64,000 bases of DNA from Dehalococcoidia bacterium (GTDB lineage Bacteria; Chloroflexota; Dehalococcoidia; SM23-28-2; RBG-16-64-32), in assembly GCA_963665775.2 (NCBI GenBank), contig CAXXTF010000001.1:352001-416000 (forward strand), given 5' to 3'. Shown here in pieces: positions 39,138 through 50,624 of this stretch. The position numbers were made by a program, and so were the translations under genes. Positions within the stretch are counted from its first letter, which is position 1. Each line of letters opens with the position of its first letter. The notes below the pieces were generated by a model. It was not told the DNA's origin. It did not search any database and saw nothing but the letters and a program-made list of their open reading frames with translations.

Positions 39138-40028
39138 GTGATGGAGGAGACGTACCGCCAATACGCGATCGAGGAGTACATCCTGAGGGCTGAGCCCTTC
39201 TACGTGTCCGTGAAGGACGAGGTGGAGCTGTTCAATGCAGCCTACGAGCGAAAGATCCCAGTGCTTCTCAAGGGGCCGACCGGTTGCGGCAAGACCCGCT
39301 TCATTGAACACATGGCTTACAAGCTGGGCCGTCCCGTCACCGTCATCCGGGACGTATCAGAGACGGAGGAGCCGGAGGAGCCGGAGGCGGGGGGACGGCC
39401 GCTCGTAACCGTGGCCTGTCATGAGGACCTGACGGCCTCGGACCTGGTGGGACGATATCTCCTGGAGGGCGACTCCACTCGCTGGATCGATGGGCCGCTG
39501 ACCCGCGCCGTGAAGGTGGGAGCGATCTGCTACCTGGACGAGGTCGTGGAGGCGCGCAAGGACACTACGGTCCTGATCCATCCTCTAACAGACCACCGGC
39601 GCATTCTGCTGATCGAGAAGCAGGGGCAGGTCGTGGAGGCGCGGGACGGCTTCCTACTAGTGATCTCGTACAACCCGGGCTACCAGAGCGCCCTGAAGGA
39701 CCTGAAGCACAGCACCCGGCAGCGGTTCATGGCCATAGAGTTCGGGTATCCGCCAAGGGAGATGGAGGCGAAGATCATCGCCCATGAGAGCGGCGTCTCG
39801 CAGTCGGTGGCGGCGGAGCTTGCCAAGCTCGGGGAGAAGGTGCGTCACCTGAAGGAGCACGGCCTGGCTGAAGGCGTCAGCACGCGCCTTCTGATCTATG
39901 CCGGCCGTCTGATCCAGGAGGGGATATCAGCACGGCGCTCCTGCCAGGTGGCCGTGGTCTGGGCGCTGACCGACGACCACGGCGTTCAGCGCAGCATAGA
40001 AGAGGTGGTGTCGTCGATCTTTGAGTGA
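39138..40028 (+). CDS. CbbQ/NirQ/NorQ-family MoxR AAA+ ATPase
   Basis: [60 protein letters not shown]. Confidence 0.93.
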   Translation: MMEETYRQYAIEEYILRAEPFYVSVKDEVELFNAAYERKIPVLLKGPTGCGKTRFIEHMAYKLGRPVTVIRDVSETEEPEEPEAGGRPLVTVACHEDLTASDLVGRYLLEGDSTRWIDGPLTRAVKVGAICYLDEVVEARKDTTVLIHPLTDHRRILLIEKQGQVVEARDGFLLVISYNPGYQSALKDLKHSTRQRFMAIEFGYPPREMEAKIIAHESGVSQSVAAELAKLGEKVRHLKEHGLAEGVSTRLLIYAGRLIQEGISARRSCQVAVVWALTDDHGVQRSIEEVVSSIFE

Positions 40029-43000
40029 CTCAAGGCATCGCCGAATCTACACTCAATACGAGAAGCGCCTGGCCCCCTTCTCCACCACGCTGGTGGGCGA
40101 ATTTCGCCGTTCCGCGGAGAGCGTGGAAGAGCTCCTCACTACGCAGGAGTTGAAGCAGTGGGCGGAAGATGGGTTGGATCTGGCGCAGCAATCCTGGCGA
40201 TCATGGGAGGCAGCAGGGGAGTACTTCCGGGTTAGCAGGGAGATGCTGCCCATGCTGGGCTTCCAGCGGTTCCGCTTCTGGGCCCAGTCCGGACGCGACC
40301 TGGCGGAGCTTTCCTCGGCCCTGGCGGCGGCCTACTTCCGCGCCTCGCCGGCGACGCTGCCTCAGGTGACGTTCCCGCAGTTGGCTGAATGGGTGAGCCT
40401 GGGGCAACGGCTGTACAAGGGGACGTGGCGTTCGGCCTCCCTGGCGATGCAGTTCTTCGACGGGAGCCCCGAGCTGTTCGGGCAGCTGAACGTCGAGCAG
40501 GCGAAGCTCCTGGTACGGTTTGTGGATGCCCTCTGTGACCGCTCGTATGACCTGGCGGCGCACTGTTTGAGCGTGGCGCCGCACGTCCTGACGCCGTTAG
40601 CGGAGGAGGACAAAGAGGCCTTTTTGCGCTTCGCGGAGACGTTGGCTTCTACCGGCTGGGCCGATGCCCGCTCCTATCTGGAGAAGGGGCCGGGGCTTCT
40701 GGCCCACGTCCAGCAGGTGGAGCGGGTGCGGTTCCTGTCCCTGGCTCGCGAGCTGGCGCGGCGAGAAGGCAGACAGGCCTTCGGCTTCTTTGCGGAGGCG
40801 GCGCGGGCCTTATCGCAGGTGGACGCGGAGTCCCACGGGATGTTGCTCTCCTTGTCTGAGGATCTGGTAGGCCGATCGTCCGTGGCGGCCATGGAGTTCT
40901 TGAGGACAGCGCCCAAGGTGCTGGACCGCATCCCCCTGGAGGCGATCGGGGAGTGGCACCGAGAGGGGGCCGCCATCCTGGATGGCGGCTCGGAGGGTGG
41001 TGAGGCCTACTTCCGGCTGGAATCCAGCCGGGGCGAGGAGATACTGGAGTCGCTCTCCTCGCGGGTGGAGCTGAGCCGAGTAGGGGATGTCCTGCAGATG
41101 TACTGCCAGGCGTTGACGGGCGGCGAAGTGGCTGTGCGTTCGGCGGAAGCCCTCGCGGAGAAGGGGATCGGTTGGGTAGAGACGGATGTGCCGTCGACCG
41201 AGGGGACAGCGATCTTCCTGCCGACCTGGGTGGAGGAGTTCCGGGAGAAGGAAGCGAACTTCCTGGTGTACAAGGTGTACGCCACCCACCAGGCGGCCCA
41301 CCTGGAGTTCCGGACCTTCGACTTCATTTTCGAGCGGGACGGCCAGGTCTTTCCTAATCGGCGTCAGCGGCTGGAGAAAAGACGGGTCAGGGCCAGAGGC
41401 CGGGTTGTGGACGGCGAGGAGCCGCGGCGGGAGCCGTTGACGGATATCGAGCGGTTCTTCGATCTCTTCCCGGACCGGCGCCTGGCATCAGACCTGTTCG
41501 CGGTGCTGGAGGATGCCCGCGTCGATATGCTTGTCGGGCGCGAGTACACGGGGATTCAGCGACCCTACACCGAGAGGCAATCTTGGGAGCTGGATAAGCG
41601 GCCGTCTGTGGAGAAGTTGCCGCTAAAGCAGGCCTTTGTGGAGAACCTGGTCCGAGCCAGCCTGGGCGGGCTGGATAGGATCGTGTGGCCGGACTCCCTC
41701 CGACCGCTTATGCGGCGGGCCATCGGGCTGGCGAAGGGGCTACGAAAGCCGGAGGCCACTGTGGAGGACACTGCGGAGGCGACCCTCCGCATATACCAGC
41801 TGGCGGACCGGATTCCCAACGTGCTGCCGGAGACGATGGACGACTGGCAGGAGATGGACGAAGAGGACCAGGAGGCCAAGCCGACTACGTCGGACTCCCT
41901 GGGGAAGGCCGCGGACGTCCAGTTCCCCGAGGAGCAGCCGGTACCCTACGAGAGCCCTGAGTCTGTGGACTTCAGGGGCGAGCTCAAGCCGGAGATGGTG
42001 CAGCTCATCATGCGTATGCGTGAGGAGCGTGAGCAGGACCCCCTTTCCCGCCTGACGCCGGAGCAGATCAAGGGGATGCTGGAGAAGAGCGTGGAGGTCA
42101 CCCTAACCGACGTAGCGGAGGCGGAGCTGACCCAGTCTTCGAACCTGTTCCTGACTAACCTGATCAGGGATATGGACTCCCAGGAGCAGGAGCGGCAGCA
42201 GATGCAGCAGGTGCCGGTGAAGGATGGTCAGCCGGTGAGTGGCTTGAGCAGTGCCGACGATGGGCAGCCGTTGCCCGTGGAGCCGAAGTACTTCTACTAC
42301 GATGAGTGGGACTTCCGGGCCGGCGACTATCGCCCCAACTGGTGCCGGATCGTCGAATCGCCGGTGAGCGAGGGGACGGAGCACTTCTTTGACCAGACGC
42401 TGACGAAGTACGCTTCCCTGATCAACCAGGTCCGTCGCCAGTTCGAGCTGTTGCGGCCGGACAGGTTTCGCAAGATCAAGCGGCTGCTGGACGGCGAGGA
42501 GTTCGACCTGGACGCGGTGACGGAGTACGTGGTCGAGCGAAAGGCCGGCTATACGCCATCCGAGAAGGTCTACTGGCGCCGCAACAAGGTGGAGCGAGAC
42601 GTTTCCGTGGCGATCCTCCTGGATATGAGCGCCTCGACTGATGAGGAGATCGCGAAGCACCAGAGACGCGACATCCAAGACGACGAAGACGATGACCCAC
42701 GGCGCTACTTCTCCTCCTGGATGTCTCGTCGTGCCCAGGATCTCCTGACGCCGCCCAAGCGGATTATCGACCTGGAGAAGGAGAGCATTGTCCTGCTCAT
42801 CAAGGCGCTGGAGACCATCGGCGATAGGTACGGGATCTACGGCTTCTCGGGCTATGGCCGGGACAACGTGGAGTTCTACGTGGTGAAGGACATGGAGGAG
42901 CTCTTCTCGGAACGGGTGAAGAAGCGCATCGATAAGATCGTGCCGGTGCGCTCTACTCGCATGGGGCCGAGCATCCGGCACGCCACGGCGAAGCTGGATG

Positions 43001-43284
43001 TCCAGGAGGCGAAGGTGCGCATTCTGTTCCTCGTCTCCGACGGACGGCCTCAGGACCACGGCTACGGACGCGATCGGACGGAGAAGGAGTACGCTATCCA
43101 CGACACGCACATGGCCCTCGTCGAGGCGAAGCGTAAGGGGATCGTGCCCTTCTGCCTTACCGTGGACCGCTACGGCCACGATTACCTGAAGCAGATGTGC
43201 GACGACGTGGGCTACGCCGTGGTGCCGGACATCGAGTCGCTCCCCTCCCGCATCACCACCCTGTACCGCCGCCTCACGGAGTAG
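40021..43284 (+). CDS. CbbO/NorD-like von Willebrand factor A protein with long helical N-terminus
   Basis: [46 protein letters not shown]-terminal LYRRLT. Confidence 0.9.
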   Translation: MSDSRHRRIYTQYEKRLAPFSTTLVGEFRRSAESVEELLTTQELKQWAEDGLDLAQQSWRSWEAAGEYFRVSREMLPMLGFQRFRFWAQSGRDLAELSSALAAAYFRASPATLPQVTFPQLAEWVSLGQRLYKGTWRSASLAMQFFDGSPELFGQLNVEQAKLLVRFVDALCDRSYDLAAHCLSVAPHVLTPLAEEDKEAFLRFAETLASTGWADARSYLEKGPGLLAHVQQVERVRFLSLARELARREGRQAFGFFAEAARALSQVDAESHGMLLSLSEDLVGRSSVAAMEFLRTAPKVLDRIPLEAIGEWHREGAAILDGGSEGGEAYFRLESSRGEEILESLSSRVELSRVGDVLQMYCQALTGGEVAVRSAEALAEKGIGWVETDVPSTEGTAIFLPTWVEEFREKEANFLVYKVYATHQAAHLEFRTFDFIFERDGQVFPNRRQRLEKRRVRARGRVVDGEEPRREPLTDIERFFDLFPDRRLASDLFAVLEDARVDMLVGREYTGIQRPYTERQSWELDKRPSVEKLPLKQAFVENLVRASLGGLDRIVWPDSLRPLMRRAIGLAKGLRKPEATVEDTAEATLRIYQLADRIPNVLPETMDDWQEMDEEDQEAKPTTSDSLGKAADVQFPEEQPVPYESPESVDFRGELKPEMVQLIMRMREEREQDPLSRLTPEQIKGMLEKSVEVTLTDVAEAELTQSSNLFLTNLIRDMDSQEQERQQMQQVPVKDGQPVSGLSSADDGQPLPVEPKYFYYDEWDFRAGDYRPNWCRIVESPVSEGTEHFFDQTLTKYASLINQVRRQFELLRPDRFRKIKRLLDGEEFDLDAVTEYVVERKAGYTPSEKVYWRRNKVERDVSVAILLDMSASTDEEIAKHQRRDIQDDEDDDPRRYFSSWMSRRAQDLLTPPKRIIDLEKESIVLLIKALETIGDRYGIYGFSGYGRDNVEFYVVKDMEELFSERVKKRIDKIVPVRSTRMGPSIRHATAKLDVQEAKVRILFLVSDGRPQDHGYGRDRTEKEYAIHDTHMALVEAKRKGIVPFCLTVDRYGHDYLKQMCDDVGYAVVPDIESLPSRITTLYRRLTE

Positions 43285-43336
43285 GCCACCATCGGCGCCC
43301 GCACCGGCGCGGCTGGCCGCGCATAAAGGAGATAGC

Positions 43337-43831
43337 GTGACCAGTCACCAGCACATCGTCGCCGCCCTGGTGGAGCGGGGAGAAGAGATCCTGCTGGTGC
43401 AGCACCAGGCCCCCCGGGACCCGGCTCCGGCCTGGGCTTTACCAGGCGGGGTGGTGGAGGAAGGGGAGACCTTGCTGGAGGCGCTACGGCGAGAGCTGCG
43501 TGAGGAGGCTGACATCGAGGAGGAGGCTGTGGGACCGCTCCTGTACGTTTGCGAGGTACAAGATGAGGAAGCGGCGACTTGGGCGCTGACCTTCGTATTT
43601 CGGATCGATCGCTGGTCTGGCGAGCCTAAGGCCACGGGTCGCGATGAGTTCGTTCTCGAGGCGCGGATGTTTCCCCGGCAGGAAGTGTCTGGGAAACTGG
43701 CTTCTCTCCCTGAGCGGCTCCGATTCATGCGGGAGCCGGTGGTCGAATGGCTCCAGGGCGGCTTCGATTCAGCCCGTCTCTACTGTTACAAGGTTCGACA
43801 GGGAACAGTCATGAGGCTGTACCGGCCATGA
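43337..43831 (+). CDS. NUDIX hydrolase
   Basis: WALPGGVVEEGETLLEALRRELREE Nudix box. Confidence 0.92.
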   Translation: MTSHQHIVAALVERGEEILLVQHQAPRDPAPAWALPGGVVEEGETLLEALRRELREEADIEEEAVGPLLYVCEVQDEEAATWALTFVFRIDRWSGEPKATGRDEFVLEARMFPRQEVSGKLASLPERLRFMREPVVEWLQGGFDSARLYCYKVRQGTVMRLYRP

Positions 43832-44361
43832 CCTCGCTTTTGGAAGAGTTCCAGCAGGTGGGCCGCCTGCTCTGGGAGGCCGGTCTCGTCTCCTCGCACG
43901 GCGGTAACCTGAGCCGCCGACTGCCGGACGGAGGCATCCTGATCAGCCGCCACAGCGCCATGCTGGGCCGCATTCGGGAGGGCGATCTGGTGGCTGTGGC
44001 CGCCGACGGCTCGGCGGAGGGCGACCCTTCCGTGGATACGGCCCTCCATCTGTCGATCTACCGGCAGCAGCCCCAGGCTCAGGCCGTGGCGCACGCCCAC
44101 CCGCGCCACGCCATCGCCCTCTCCCTCGCCGGCTCGGCCATCGAGCCGCTGGACCTGGAGGGGAATCACCACCTGGGGAGCCTGGTACCTGTGGTCCCTG
44201 TCGACGAGCTGGCCGCCTCTCTTGAGCGGTACCTCATCGCCGTCACCACCGGCCACGGCAGCTACGCCCGTGGCGAAAGCCTGTGGCAGGCGCTACAGTG
44301 GACCAGCATCCTGGAGGAGAGCGCCCAGGTAGTCTGGCTGCTAAAGGGGCTCCGTTCCTAA
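43828..44361 (+). CDS. Class II aldolase/adducin family protein
   Basis: SHGGNLSRR, PSVD..LH, AVAHAHP, GHGS. Confidence 0.88.
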   Translation: MTSLLEEFQQVGRLLWEAGLVSSHGGNLSRRLPDGGILISRHSAMLGRIREGDLVAVAADGSAEGDPSVDTALHLSIYRQQPQAQAVAHAHPRHAIALSLAGSAIEPLDLEGNHHLGSLVPVVPVDELAASLERYLIAVTTGHGSYARGESLWQALQWTSILEESAQVVWLLKGLRS

Positions 44362-44834
44362 AGGCCGCTCGCTCCGCCTGCCGCGGATGGCGAGGGGCCA
44401 GTTGGCGCCGGCCTCGTCTGGAATAAGTGGAGAAAGACCAGGAGGCCCAGCGCCGCCGCCACGCCGATCGGGGCGGCCACGCTCTCGAAGCTGAAGTCGC
44501 CGGCACTCCAGTGGTAGACGTTGGCCAGGATCGCCACGCCCTGTTCGACGAGGGCCAGCCAGAACACGGGATGGTACCGCTTCGGGTCTCGGGCGGCGTA
44601 CAGGTAGAGGATGGCCAGTGGGATCGCCTCCCAGCTCAGGGAGCGGCCGCCCAGCGCTCCGTCCAGCTCCCGGCCGTGGAGGTCGACAAACAGGCCGCTA
44701 GAGGTGAAGAACTCCGTGAGGGCGCCGATGATGGCCCATACCGCCAGGAGGATCAGCAAGAAGCGGGGCTGCCGGATGGCCTTGAGGAAAGAGTTCTCAG
44801 CCGGGATTGGGGGAGCCTGCGGGCTTTCAGCCAT
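44358..44834 (-). CDS. Hypothetical membrane protein
   Basis: Four hydrophobic segments; RBS AGGAGG. Confidence 0.7.
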   Translation of the reverse strand: MAESPQAPPIPAENSFLKAIRQPRFLLILLAVWAIIGALTEFFTSSGLFVDLHGRELDGALGGRSLSWEAIPLAILYLYAARDPKRYHPVFWLALVEQGVAILANVYHWSAGDFSFESVAAPIGVAAALGLLVFLHLFQTRPAPTGPSPSAAGGASGL

Positions 44835-44846
44835 TCGATACCTCCT

Positions 44847-45215
44847 TTAGCCGACGCCTAGCTCCTGCAGACGGTCCTCGTCGATCCCCATATAGTGGCC
44901 GATCTCGTGGAGGAGCGTCTGCTGCACCTGGGACACCATCTCGGCCTCGTCGTGGCAGTAGCGCTCGTGGGTTCGCTGGTAGATGAGGATGGTGTCCGGT
45001 AGGGTCATCGAGTAGTAATGGCCTCGCTGCGGTAGGGGCACCCCTACGTATAGACCGAGCAGCTCCTGCCCGTGCCGCAGCCCGGCCCGGCGCAGTTCGC
45101 CGCTGGTTGGTTGCCAGCGCACCTGAATGTCGATGTTGTCCAGCGCATCGCGGAAGCGGGGCGGTATCTGCTCCAGGGCCTGCAGTATGATGCGCTCGAA
45201 GTCGCGCTGCCGCAT
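44847..45215 (-). CDS. Zincin-like metallopeptidase (minimal zincin)
   Basis: LLGLYVGVP, PDTILIY, LLHEIGHYMG. Confidence 0.88.
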   Translation of the reverse strand: MRQRDFERIILQALEQIPPRFRDALDNIDIQVRWQPTSGELRRAGLRHGQELLGLYVGVPLPQRGHYYSMTLPDTILIYQRTHERYCHDEAEMVSQVQQTLLHEIGHYMGIDEDRLQELGVG

Positions 45216-45219
45216 GGGG

Positions 45220-45657
45220 TCAGGCCTTGCGCTCCCACAGGGCGTGATAGCCGGTGCCGGTGATGGCGTTCTGGGTCTCGACGTGCTCTTGCTGGCAGAG
45301 CTCTCGCAGCACCGCTTCGGCGGAGTCGGCCAATTGGGGGTACCCCTCTTCCGCTAGACGACGCTGGATCCGCTCGAACACCCCGCTATCCTTGAGGGAG
45401 CTGGCGTACTTTGGCCACCAGATAGCGGTGATCCTTTCCGGGACCTTGAACCGAGGCCTGAGCTGCTTGAGCGCCCTGAAACGATGCTCAAGCGAGGTGG
45501 CGCGAGGGATCGTCGTGAGGAGGGGGCTATCCGATTCCGTGTGGCGGGTGTCGAACAGCAGGCGCGGTGAGACGGTGACAAAGCGGAAGGTGATCACCTC
45601 CGCTTTAGCGATGACCTCGAACACGGCCTCTAGGTCGATGGCGTAGTCTGTGTCCAT
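45220..45657 (-). CDS. Hypothetical protein
   Basis: Protein-like 145-aa ORF from ATG 45657, tightly packed with downstream genes. Confidence 0.7.
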   Translation of the reverse strand: MDTDYAIDLEAVFEVIAKAEVITFRFVTVSPRLLFDTRHTESDSPLLTTIPRATSLEHRFRALKQLRPRFKVPERITAIWWPKYASSLKDSGVFERIQRRLAEEGYPQLADSAEAVLRELCQQEHVETQNAITGTGYHALWERKA

Positions 45658-45738
45658 GTTAGAGCAGAAAAGCGACGTCCGTCCGCGCACATTTTAGCAG
45701 GTGTGCGCAGGCGCGGCTATGGAGAGGCTACGGCTCCT

Positions 45739-47907
45739 CTACGGCGCGGCGCTAACGGCGGCCCCGTTCAGGTATGACTCCAGGATGCCCCGCACGATGG
45801 GGCCGGCCTCTCGGGAGCCCGATTCTCCCTCCTCCAGGGCGACCAACGCCACGATGGAGGGGGCCGCCCGGTTGGCGTAGGCCACGAAGAAGACGTGGTT
45901 GGCGCCGAAGGGCAGGTCCTCGGCCGTGCCGGACTTGCCGGCGGCGTCCAGGTTGGAGCCCGCGAACACCGAGTAGGAGGTGCCGCCCGGGTTCTGCGTC
46001 ACCATGGTCAGCCCCTGGCGGATGGCGGCCAGGGTGGCCCCCGAGACGGGCAGGGGGTTGATCTCCTCCGCCGTGAACCCCTGGGCGGCAGAGGTGCCGG
46101 GCTCGGCCGTCCTTATGATCAGCAGCGGCGTACGCAGCACCCCGTCGCCCGCGATGGCCGAATAGACGTTGGCGATCTGCAACGGCGTCGCGGCCAGGAA
46201 CCCCTGGCCGATCCCCATGTTCACGCTGTCCCCGCTGAACCAGGGCTCGCCCTTCACCTCCTCTTTCCACTGGGGTCCGGGAGCCACACCGGGGGCCTCG
46301 TCCAGGGCAGCGATGCCTGTCGGCTGCCCGAACCCGAAGGCCCGCGCGAATCGGGGCAGGGCCGCGTCGTCGATGTGGTCCAGGGCTAGAGCCATCTCGT
46401 AGAACACGGGGTTACAGGAGGCCATCAGCCCCTCGGCGGGTGTCAGAAAGCCTCGGTCCACCGTCTGCCAGTTATTCTTGGGGAAGTCCGGGCCCAACCC
46501 CGTCCAGACGGGCGTGCAGTGGATAGTGGAGCTGGTGCTGAAGCCGCCCTCTTCCAGGCCTGCGGCCAAGGTCACAACCTTGAAGGTGGAGCCGGGCGGG
46601 TAGGTGGCCAGTAGCGGCCGGTGCAGGAAGGGCTTTCGCTCGTCGTCGATGAGGTCGTTGAACTCCTTAACCGTCAGCCCCCTGATGAAAGCGTTGGGGT
46701 CGAAGCGGGGGTAGGAGGCGAGCGCCAGCACCGAGTTGTCCCGCGGGTCCATTACAACCACCGAACCCACTCTCTCTCCCAGGAGGGTCTCCGCGGCCCT
46801 CTGCAGGTTGACGTCGATGGACAGATAGATGTCCTTCCCCGGCTTGGCCGCCTTCTCGGCGATGATCCTGCCGACGGTTCCCTCGGGGGTGACGGTGGCC
46901 AGGGTGCCGCCACGCTCCCCGGCCAGCAGCGCTTGGGACCGGCCCTCCAGCCCGAACGCCCCGACCAGATCGCCGGGTTCGTAGCCTTCGGCACGCAGTT
47001 CATCCAGCTGGTCTGCTGTCACCTCCGCCAGGTATCCGACCAGGTGCGCTGCCAACGACCCCTGCGGATAGAGCCGCAGGCTGTCTTCCTGCACCACCAC
47101 GCCCAGATTTATCAGGTCGCGTAGTTTCTGCACCTCGGCCGGGGACGTCTCGTAGGGGAGCGTCTCAATGGGGATGAAGTAGTAAGACGGGAGATCGGTC
47201 TCCACCTGGGCCCGCACCTCGCTCTCGGGAAGGCTCAAGACCGTCGCCAGGACAGAGATGGTCGCCTCCGGGTCCGTGATCAGGTCGGGAACGATGCCTA
47301 CCACCGCCACCTCGGCGTCGAACGCCAGCTTCTCACCGCTGCGGTCAAGGATACTGCCCCGACGCGGCACTTTGGCGAAGAGGTGGATCAGCGAGCGGTC
47401 GTCCAGCTCGGCGAAGATCAGGGAAGGGCTCCACTGCAGGCGCCACTCCTGGCGGCTCTCCGCCGCCTCCCCTGGTGATGCCGCCAAAGTTATCGTGTCC
47501 CTGACCAGAGGGAGCGTGTTCTCCTGTATGATGTCGCCGAAGAAGGAGGTATGGATCGTCACGGTGGCTGGCATCTCGCCACCTTCTTCGGAGACGAGCG
47601 CGCCCAGCTCGTAATCGATGCCGGTGATGGTGGCCTCCTCCGCGATCGCCTCGTAGCGGTCCACGAACTTCTCCCGGTCGGTCTCCTCCTGAGCCGATAC
47701 GGAGATGAGATCGTACATGGCGTCGTACTGCTTCGCTCGCCAGTGGGAGAGGAAGCGCTCGGCCGCCTCCTCCGGCGTGGTGGCGGGCTTGAGCGGTGTG
47801 GGGGAAGCCGTGGGCGTGAGGGAGGAAGATCCGCTGTTGCTGCTGCTGACGCTGCAGGCGGCAGCCAGGAGGGTGACGATGGTTAGGGATACCGCGATCC
47901 AGCGCAT
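45739..47907 (-). CDS. mrdA: Class B penicillin-binding protein (PBP2-like) with lipoprotein signal and MecA_N-like domain
   Basis: LLAAAC lipobox; RRGSILDR, RLYPQG, GLEG; STFK, SCN, KSGT transpeptidase motifs. Confidence 0.85.
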   Translation of the reverse strand: MRWIAVSLTIVTLLAAACSVSSSNSGSSSLTPTASPTPLKPATTPEEAAERFLSHWRAKQYDAMYDLISVSAQEETDREKFVDRYEAIAEEATITGIDYELGALVSEEGGEMPATVTIHTSFFGDIIQENTLPLVRDTITLAASPGEAAESRQEWRLQWSPSLIFAELDDRSLIHLFAKVPRRGSILDRSGEKLAFDAEVAVVGIVPDLITDPEATISVLATVLSLPESEVRAQVETDLPSYYFIPIETLPYETSPAEVQKLRDLINLGVVVQEDSLRLYPQGSLAAHLVGYLAEVTADQLDELRAEGYEPGDLVGAFGLEGRSQALLAGERGGTLATVTPEGTVGRIIAEKAAKPGKDIYLSIDVNLQRAAETLLGERVGSVVVMDPRDNSVLALASYPRFDPNAFIRGLTVKEFNDLIDDERKPFLHRPLLATYPPGSTFKVVTLAAGLEEGGFSTSSTIHCTPVWTGLGPDFPKNNWQTVDRGFLTPAEGLMASCNPVFYEMALALDHIDDAALPRFARAFGFGQPTGIAALDEAPGVAPGPQWKEEVKGEPWFSGDSVNMGIGQGFLAATPLQIANVYSAIAGDGVLRTPLLIIRTAEPGTSAAQGFTAEEINPLPVSGATLAAIRQGLTMVTQNPGGTSYSVFAGSNLDAAGKSGTAEDLPFGANHVFFVAYANRAAPSIVALVALEEGESGSREAGPIVRGILESYLNGAAVSAAP

Positions 47908-48018
47908 AACAACCGCGAGAGACGATACTATTCTAGCAGAATAACGCCGAAACCGCGTTTGGGGTGCGGCTCGTTTGCCTCTGTACCGCTGCGAGGTTAG
48001 CATTAGCGCGAGTAGTAA

Positions 48019-49284
48019 ATGGAAGAGATCACCGGCATTCTGTTTGACCTGTTCATTATCTTCGCCGCGGCCAAGGCGGCTGGCGAGCTCTTTCTCCGGT
48101 TGCGCCAGCCCCCCATTGTGGGCGAGGTGCTGGTGGGTGTGCTCATCGGGCCTCACGCCCTGGGGCTGATCGGATCGGCGGATGCCGCTCTCATCGCGCT
48201 GTTCGGCGGCGATGAGAAGGCAGCCGAGGAGGCCCTCATCGTAGTCCTCGATGTTATCGCTGAGCTGGGCGTCATCATCCTCCTCTTCTTCGTGGGGCTG
48301 GAGACCAGGCTGCGGGACCTTACGGAGGTGGGAGGGCGCGCCGCCCTGGTGGCCGTGCTGGGGATCATCTTCCCGTTTCTGTTAGGGTTTGCGTTCATCT
48401 GGGCCACGGGGCGGAGCAACGTGGAGGCGGCGTTCGTGGCCACGGCGATGGTGGCTACTAGCATCGGCATCACGGCTCGGGTGCTGGGCGACATCGGCGT
48501 CATCCGCAGCCGCGAGGCCCGGGTCATCCTGGGCGCGGCTGTGGTGGATGACATCCTGGCCCTCCTCCTGCTGGCCGTCGTCATCGGCTTCGGCGGCGAC
48601 GACCTCGATGCGGTAGAGCTAGGCCTTACTTTCGCCGCCGCCATCACCTTCGTCGTTTTCGCCGCCCTGGTGGGAACGCGGGTGATCAAGCAGTACAGTA
48701 TCCATCTTGAGCGGCTGAAGATGCGAAACTCACCCTTCCTTGTCGCTATGATCCTGATGCTGGGGCTCTCCGCCCTGGCCGGTCTCATCGGCCTGGCCGC
48801 CATCATCGGCGCCTTCCTGGCGGGCATGATGCTGGCCGAGGCGCGGGAGAGGTTCAACCTGGAGCAGCAGGCGCTGCCCGTGTACGAGTTTCTGGTGCCC
48901 TTCTTCTTCGTTATTATCGGTACAAAGGTCGATCCGGCGGCCTTCATAGACGTGGAGATTCTGGCCATCGCTCTGGGCGTCACCGCTCTAGCTGTCGTCG
49001 GCAAGCTCCTGGGTGGAGGTCTCGCTTCCAGGGGCCTGCCCCTGCGCTCCGCTGCCATCCTTGGCGTGGGAATGGTGCCGCGTGGCGAGGTGGGTCTGGT
49101 GGTGGCCAGCATCGGCAGCGGCATCGGCGTCATCACCGACGATATGTTCTCCGTTGTTGTCTTCATGAGCATCGCCACCACCATTCTGGCCCCGCCCGCC
49201 CTGGTGGCGCTCTACCGCAACTATCGTACTCCTGCCGAAGAGGCGGCGGCGGGCACAGCAGGTCCCGGCCTGCCGGATCTGTAA
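48019..49284 (+). CDS. Cation:proton antiporter (CPA2)
   Basis: GEVLVGVLIGP, LLFFVGLE, ATSIGIT, AAVVDD, GMVPRGEV. Confidence 0.93.
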   Translation: MEEITGILFDLFIIFAAAKAAGELFLRLRQPPIVGEVLVGVLIGPHALGLIGSADAALIALFGGDEKAAEEALIVVLDVIAELGVIILLFFVGLETRLRDLTEVGGRAALVAVLGIIFPFLLGFAFIWATGRSNVEAAFVATAMVATSIGITARVLGDIGVIRSREARVILGAAVVDDILALLLLAVVIGFGGDDLDAVELGLTFAAAITFVVFAALVGTRVIKQYSIHLERLKMRNSPFLVAMILMLGLSALAGLIGLAAIIGAFLAGMMLAEARERFNLEQQALPVYEFLVPFFFVIIGTKVDPAAFIDVEILAIALGVTALAVVGKLLGGGLASRGLPLRSAAILGVGMVPRGEVGLVVASIGSGIGVITDDMFSVVVFMSIATTILAPPALVALYRNYRTPAEEAAAGTAGPGLPDL

Positions 49285-49292
49285 CCGCGCCC

Positions 49293-50624
49293 ATGGCCGT
49301 CCAGCCGCAGGACATCCGACTCCTCAGCAACCCCCGTTTTAGACGCCTCCTGGAGTCGCGCGTCATCGGGCAGACTGCCCAGAACGCCCTGCTCTACGTC
49401 CTCCTCATCCTGGTGGTCACGAAGACCGACTCCAGCGTTCAGACCACCATCCTCCTCTTGGCCTTCACCATCCCCTCGATCGTCTTGGGCATCCCGGCCG
49501 GCGCCGTCGCCGATTTTCTGCCCAAGCGCTTCACGCTAACCGTCGTATACCTCTTGCGAGCCGCCATCGTCGCCGCCCTCATCTTCTATCGAGGCGATAT
49601 CTGGACCATATTCTTGCTCGCCGCCGCTCTCTCCACTGTGGGCCAGTTCTTCATGCCCGCCGAATCCGCCGCGGTGCCGGCCATCGTCCGGCGGGAGCAG
49701 CTTCCGGCTGCCAACGCTCTCATGGTGTTTGTTCTTATCCTGGGCCAGGTGGCGGGGATGGTGATCCTGGCACCTCTCCTCTTCAAGGTATTCGACGAGG
49801 TTGCTGTTTTCGCGGTGGTGATAGTGCTCTTCCTGGCGGCGACCTGGGTAGTGGCCCGGATCCCCGTGGGCCGGCCGCCCGCGGAAGCCAGGGATGCAAC
49901 GCCTAGTTCTACCGAGGGCATGCTGCAGGGATTCCGGATTCTCCGCACCAACCGGCATGCCTATCTGGCCGTGGTCTACCTGGTGACTGCCACTGCCCTG
50001 ACCAAGGTGCTGGTGATCCTGCTGCCCAAATACACCAGGGACGTGCTGGATATCGCTGCCGAGGACACGGTGTTCGTGGCGGCCCCCGCCGCTATCGGTG
50101 CCGTCTTGGGGTTGCTCCTGGCCCCGGCTTTGGCGCGGGCCAGCGGCTCCTGGCGGGTAGCGGCCCTTGGATTCGTTCTGTTCCTCCTGGGGATGGTCGG
50201 ATTGGGGTTGGTCGTCTACGTGCGTGCCTTCCTGGTAGCCAACCTCGACCTGGGCATCACCTTTGTCGAGGATCGCGCCGGGGTCTCCTCCGTCATTACC
50301 GCGGCCATGTTCCTGGCCATCCCCCTGGGGCTGGCCTTCAGCCTGGTCAGCGTGGGCACCCGCGCCGTCCTGAACGAGGCGACGCTACAGCAGGCCCAGG
50401 GGCGCGTCTTCGCCGTGCAGATGGCGGCGGGCGACTTCCTGTCGTTGCTGCCGCTGCTTGTCGTCGGCGCGGTGGCTGACCTGGCCGGGGTACGGGCGAC
50501 GCTTTTGGCCACAGCCATCGCGGCTCTCGCACTAACGGGATACCTGACCTTCTCTCGTCGCTTCGGCCCGCCTCCGCTGGCACCAGCGCCAGCGCCGCCG
50601 TTGGGCCGGCCTACCGGTGGCTGA
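49293..50624 (+). CDS. MFS transporter
   Basis: About 12 TM segments; AGAVAD, FFMPAESA, QGRVFA. Confidence 0.88.
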   Translation: MAVQPQDIRLLSNPRFRRLLESRVIGQTAQNALLYVLLILVVTKTDSSVQTTILLLAFTIPSIVLGIPAGAVADFLPKRFTLTVVYLLRAAIVAALIFYRGDIWTIFLLAAALSTVGQFFMPAESAAVPAIVRREQLPAANALMVFVLILGQVAGMVILAPLLFKVFDEVAVFAVVIVLFLAATWVVARIPVGRPPAEARDATPSSTEGMLQGFRILRTNRHAYLAVVYLVTATALTKVLVILLPKYTRDVLDIAAEDTVFVAAPAAIGAVLGLLLAPALARASGSWRVAALGFVLFLLGMVGLGLVVYVRAFLVANLDLGITFVEDRAGVSSVITAAMFLAIPLGLAFSLVSVGTRAVLNEATLQQAQGRVFAVQMAAGDFLSLLPLLVVGAVADLAGVRATLLATAIAALALTGYLTFSRRFGPPPLAPAPAPPLGRPTGG

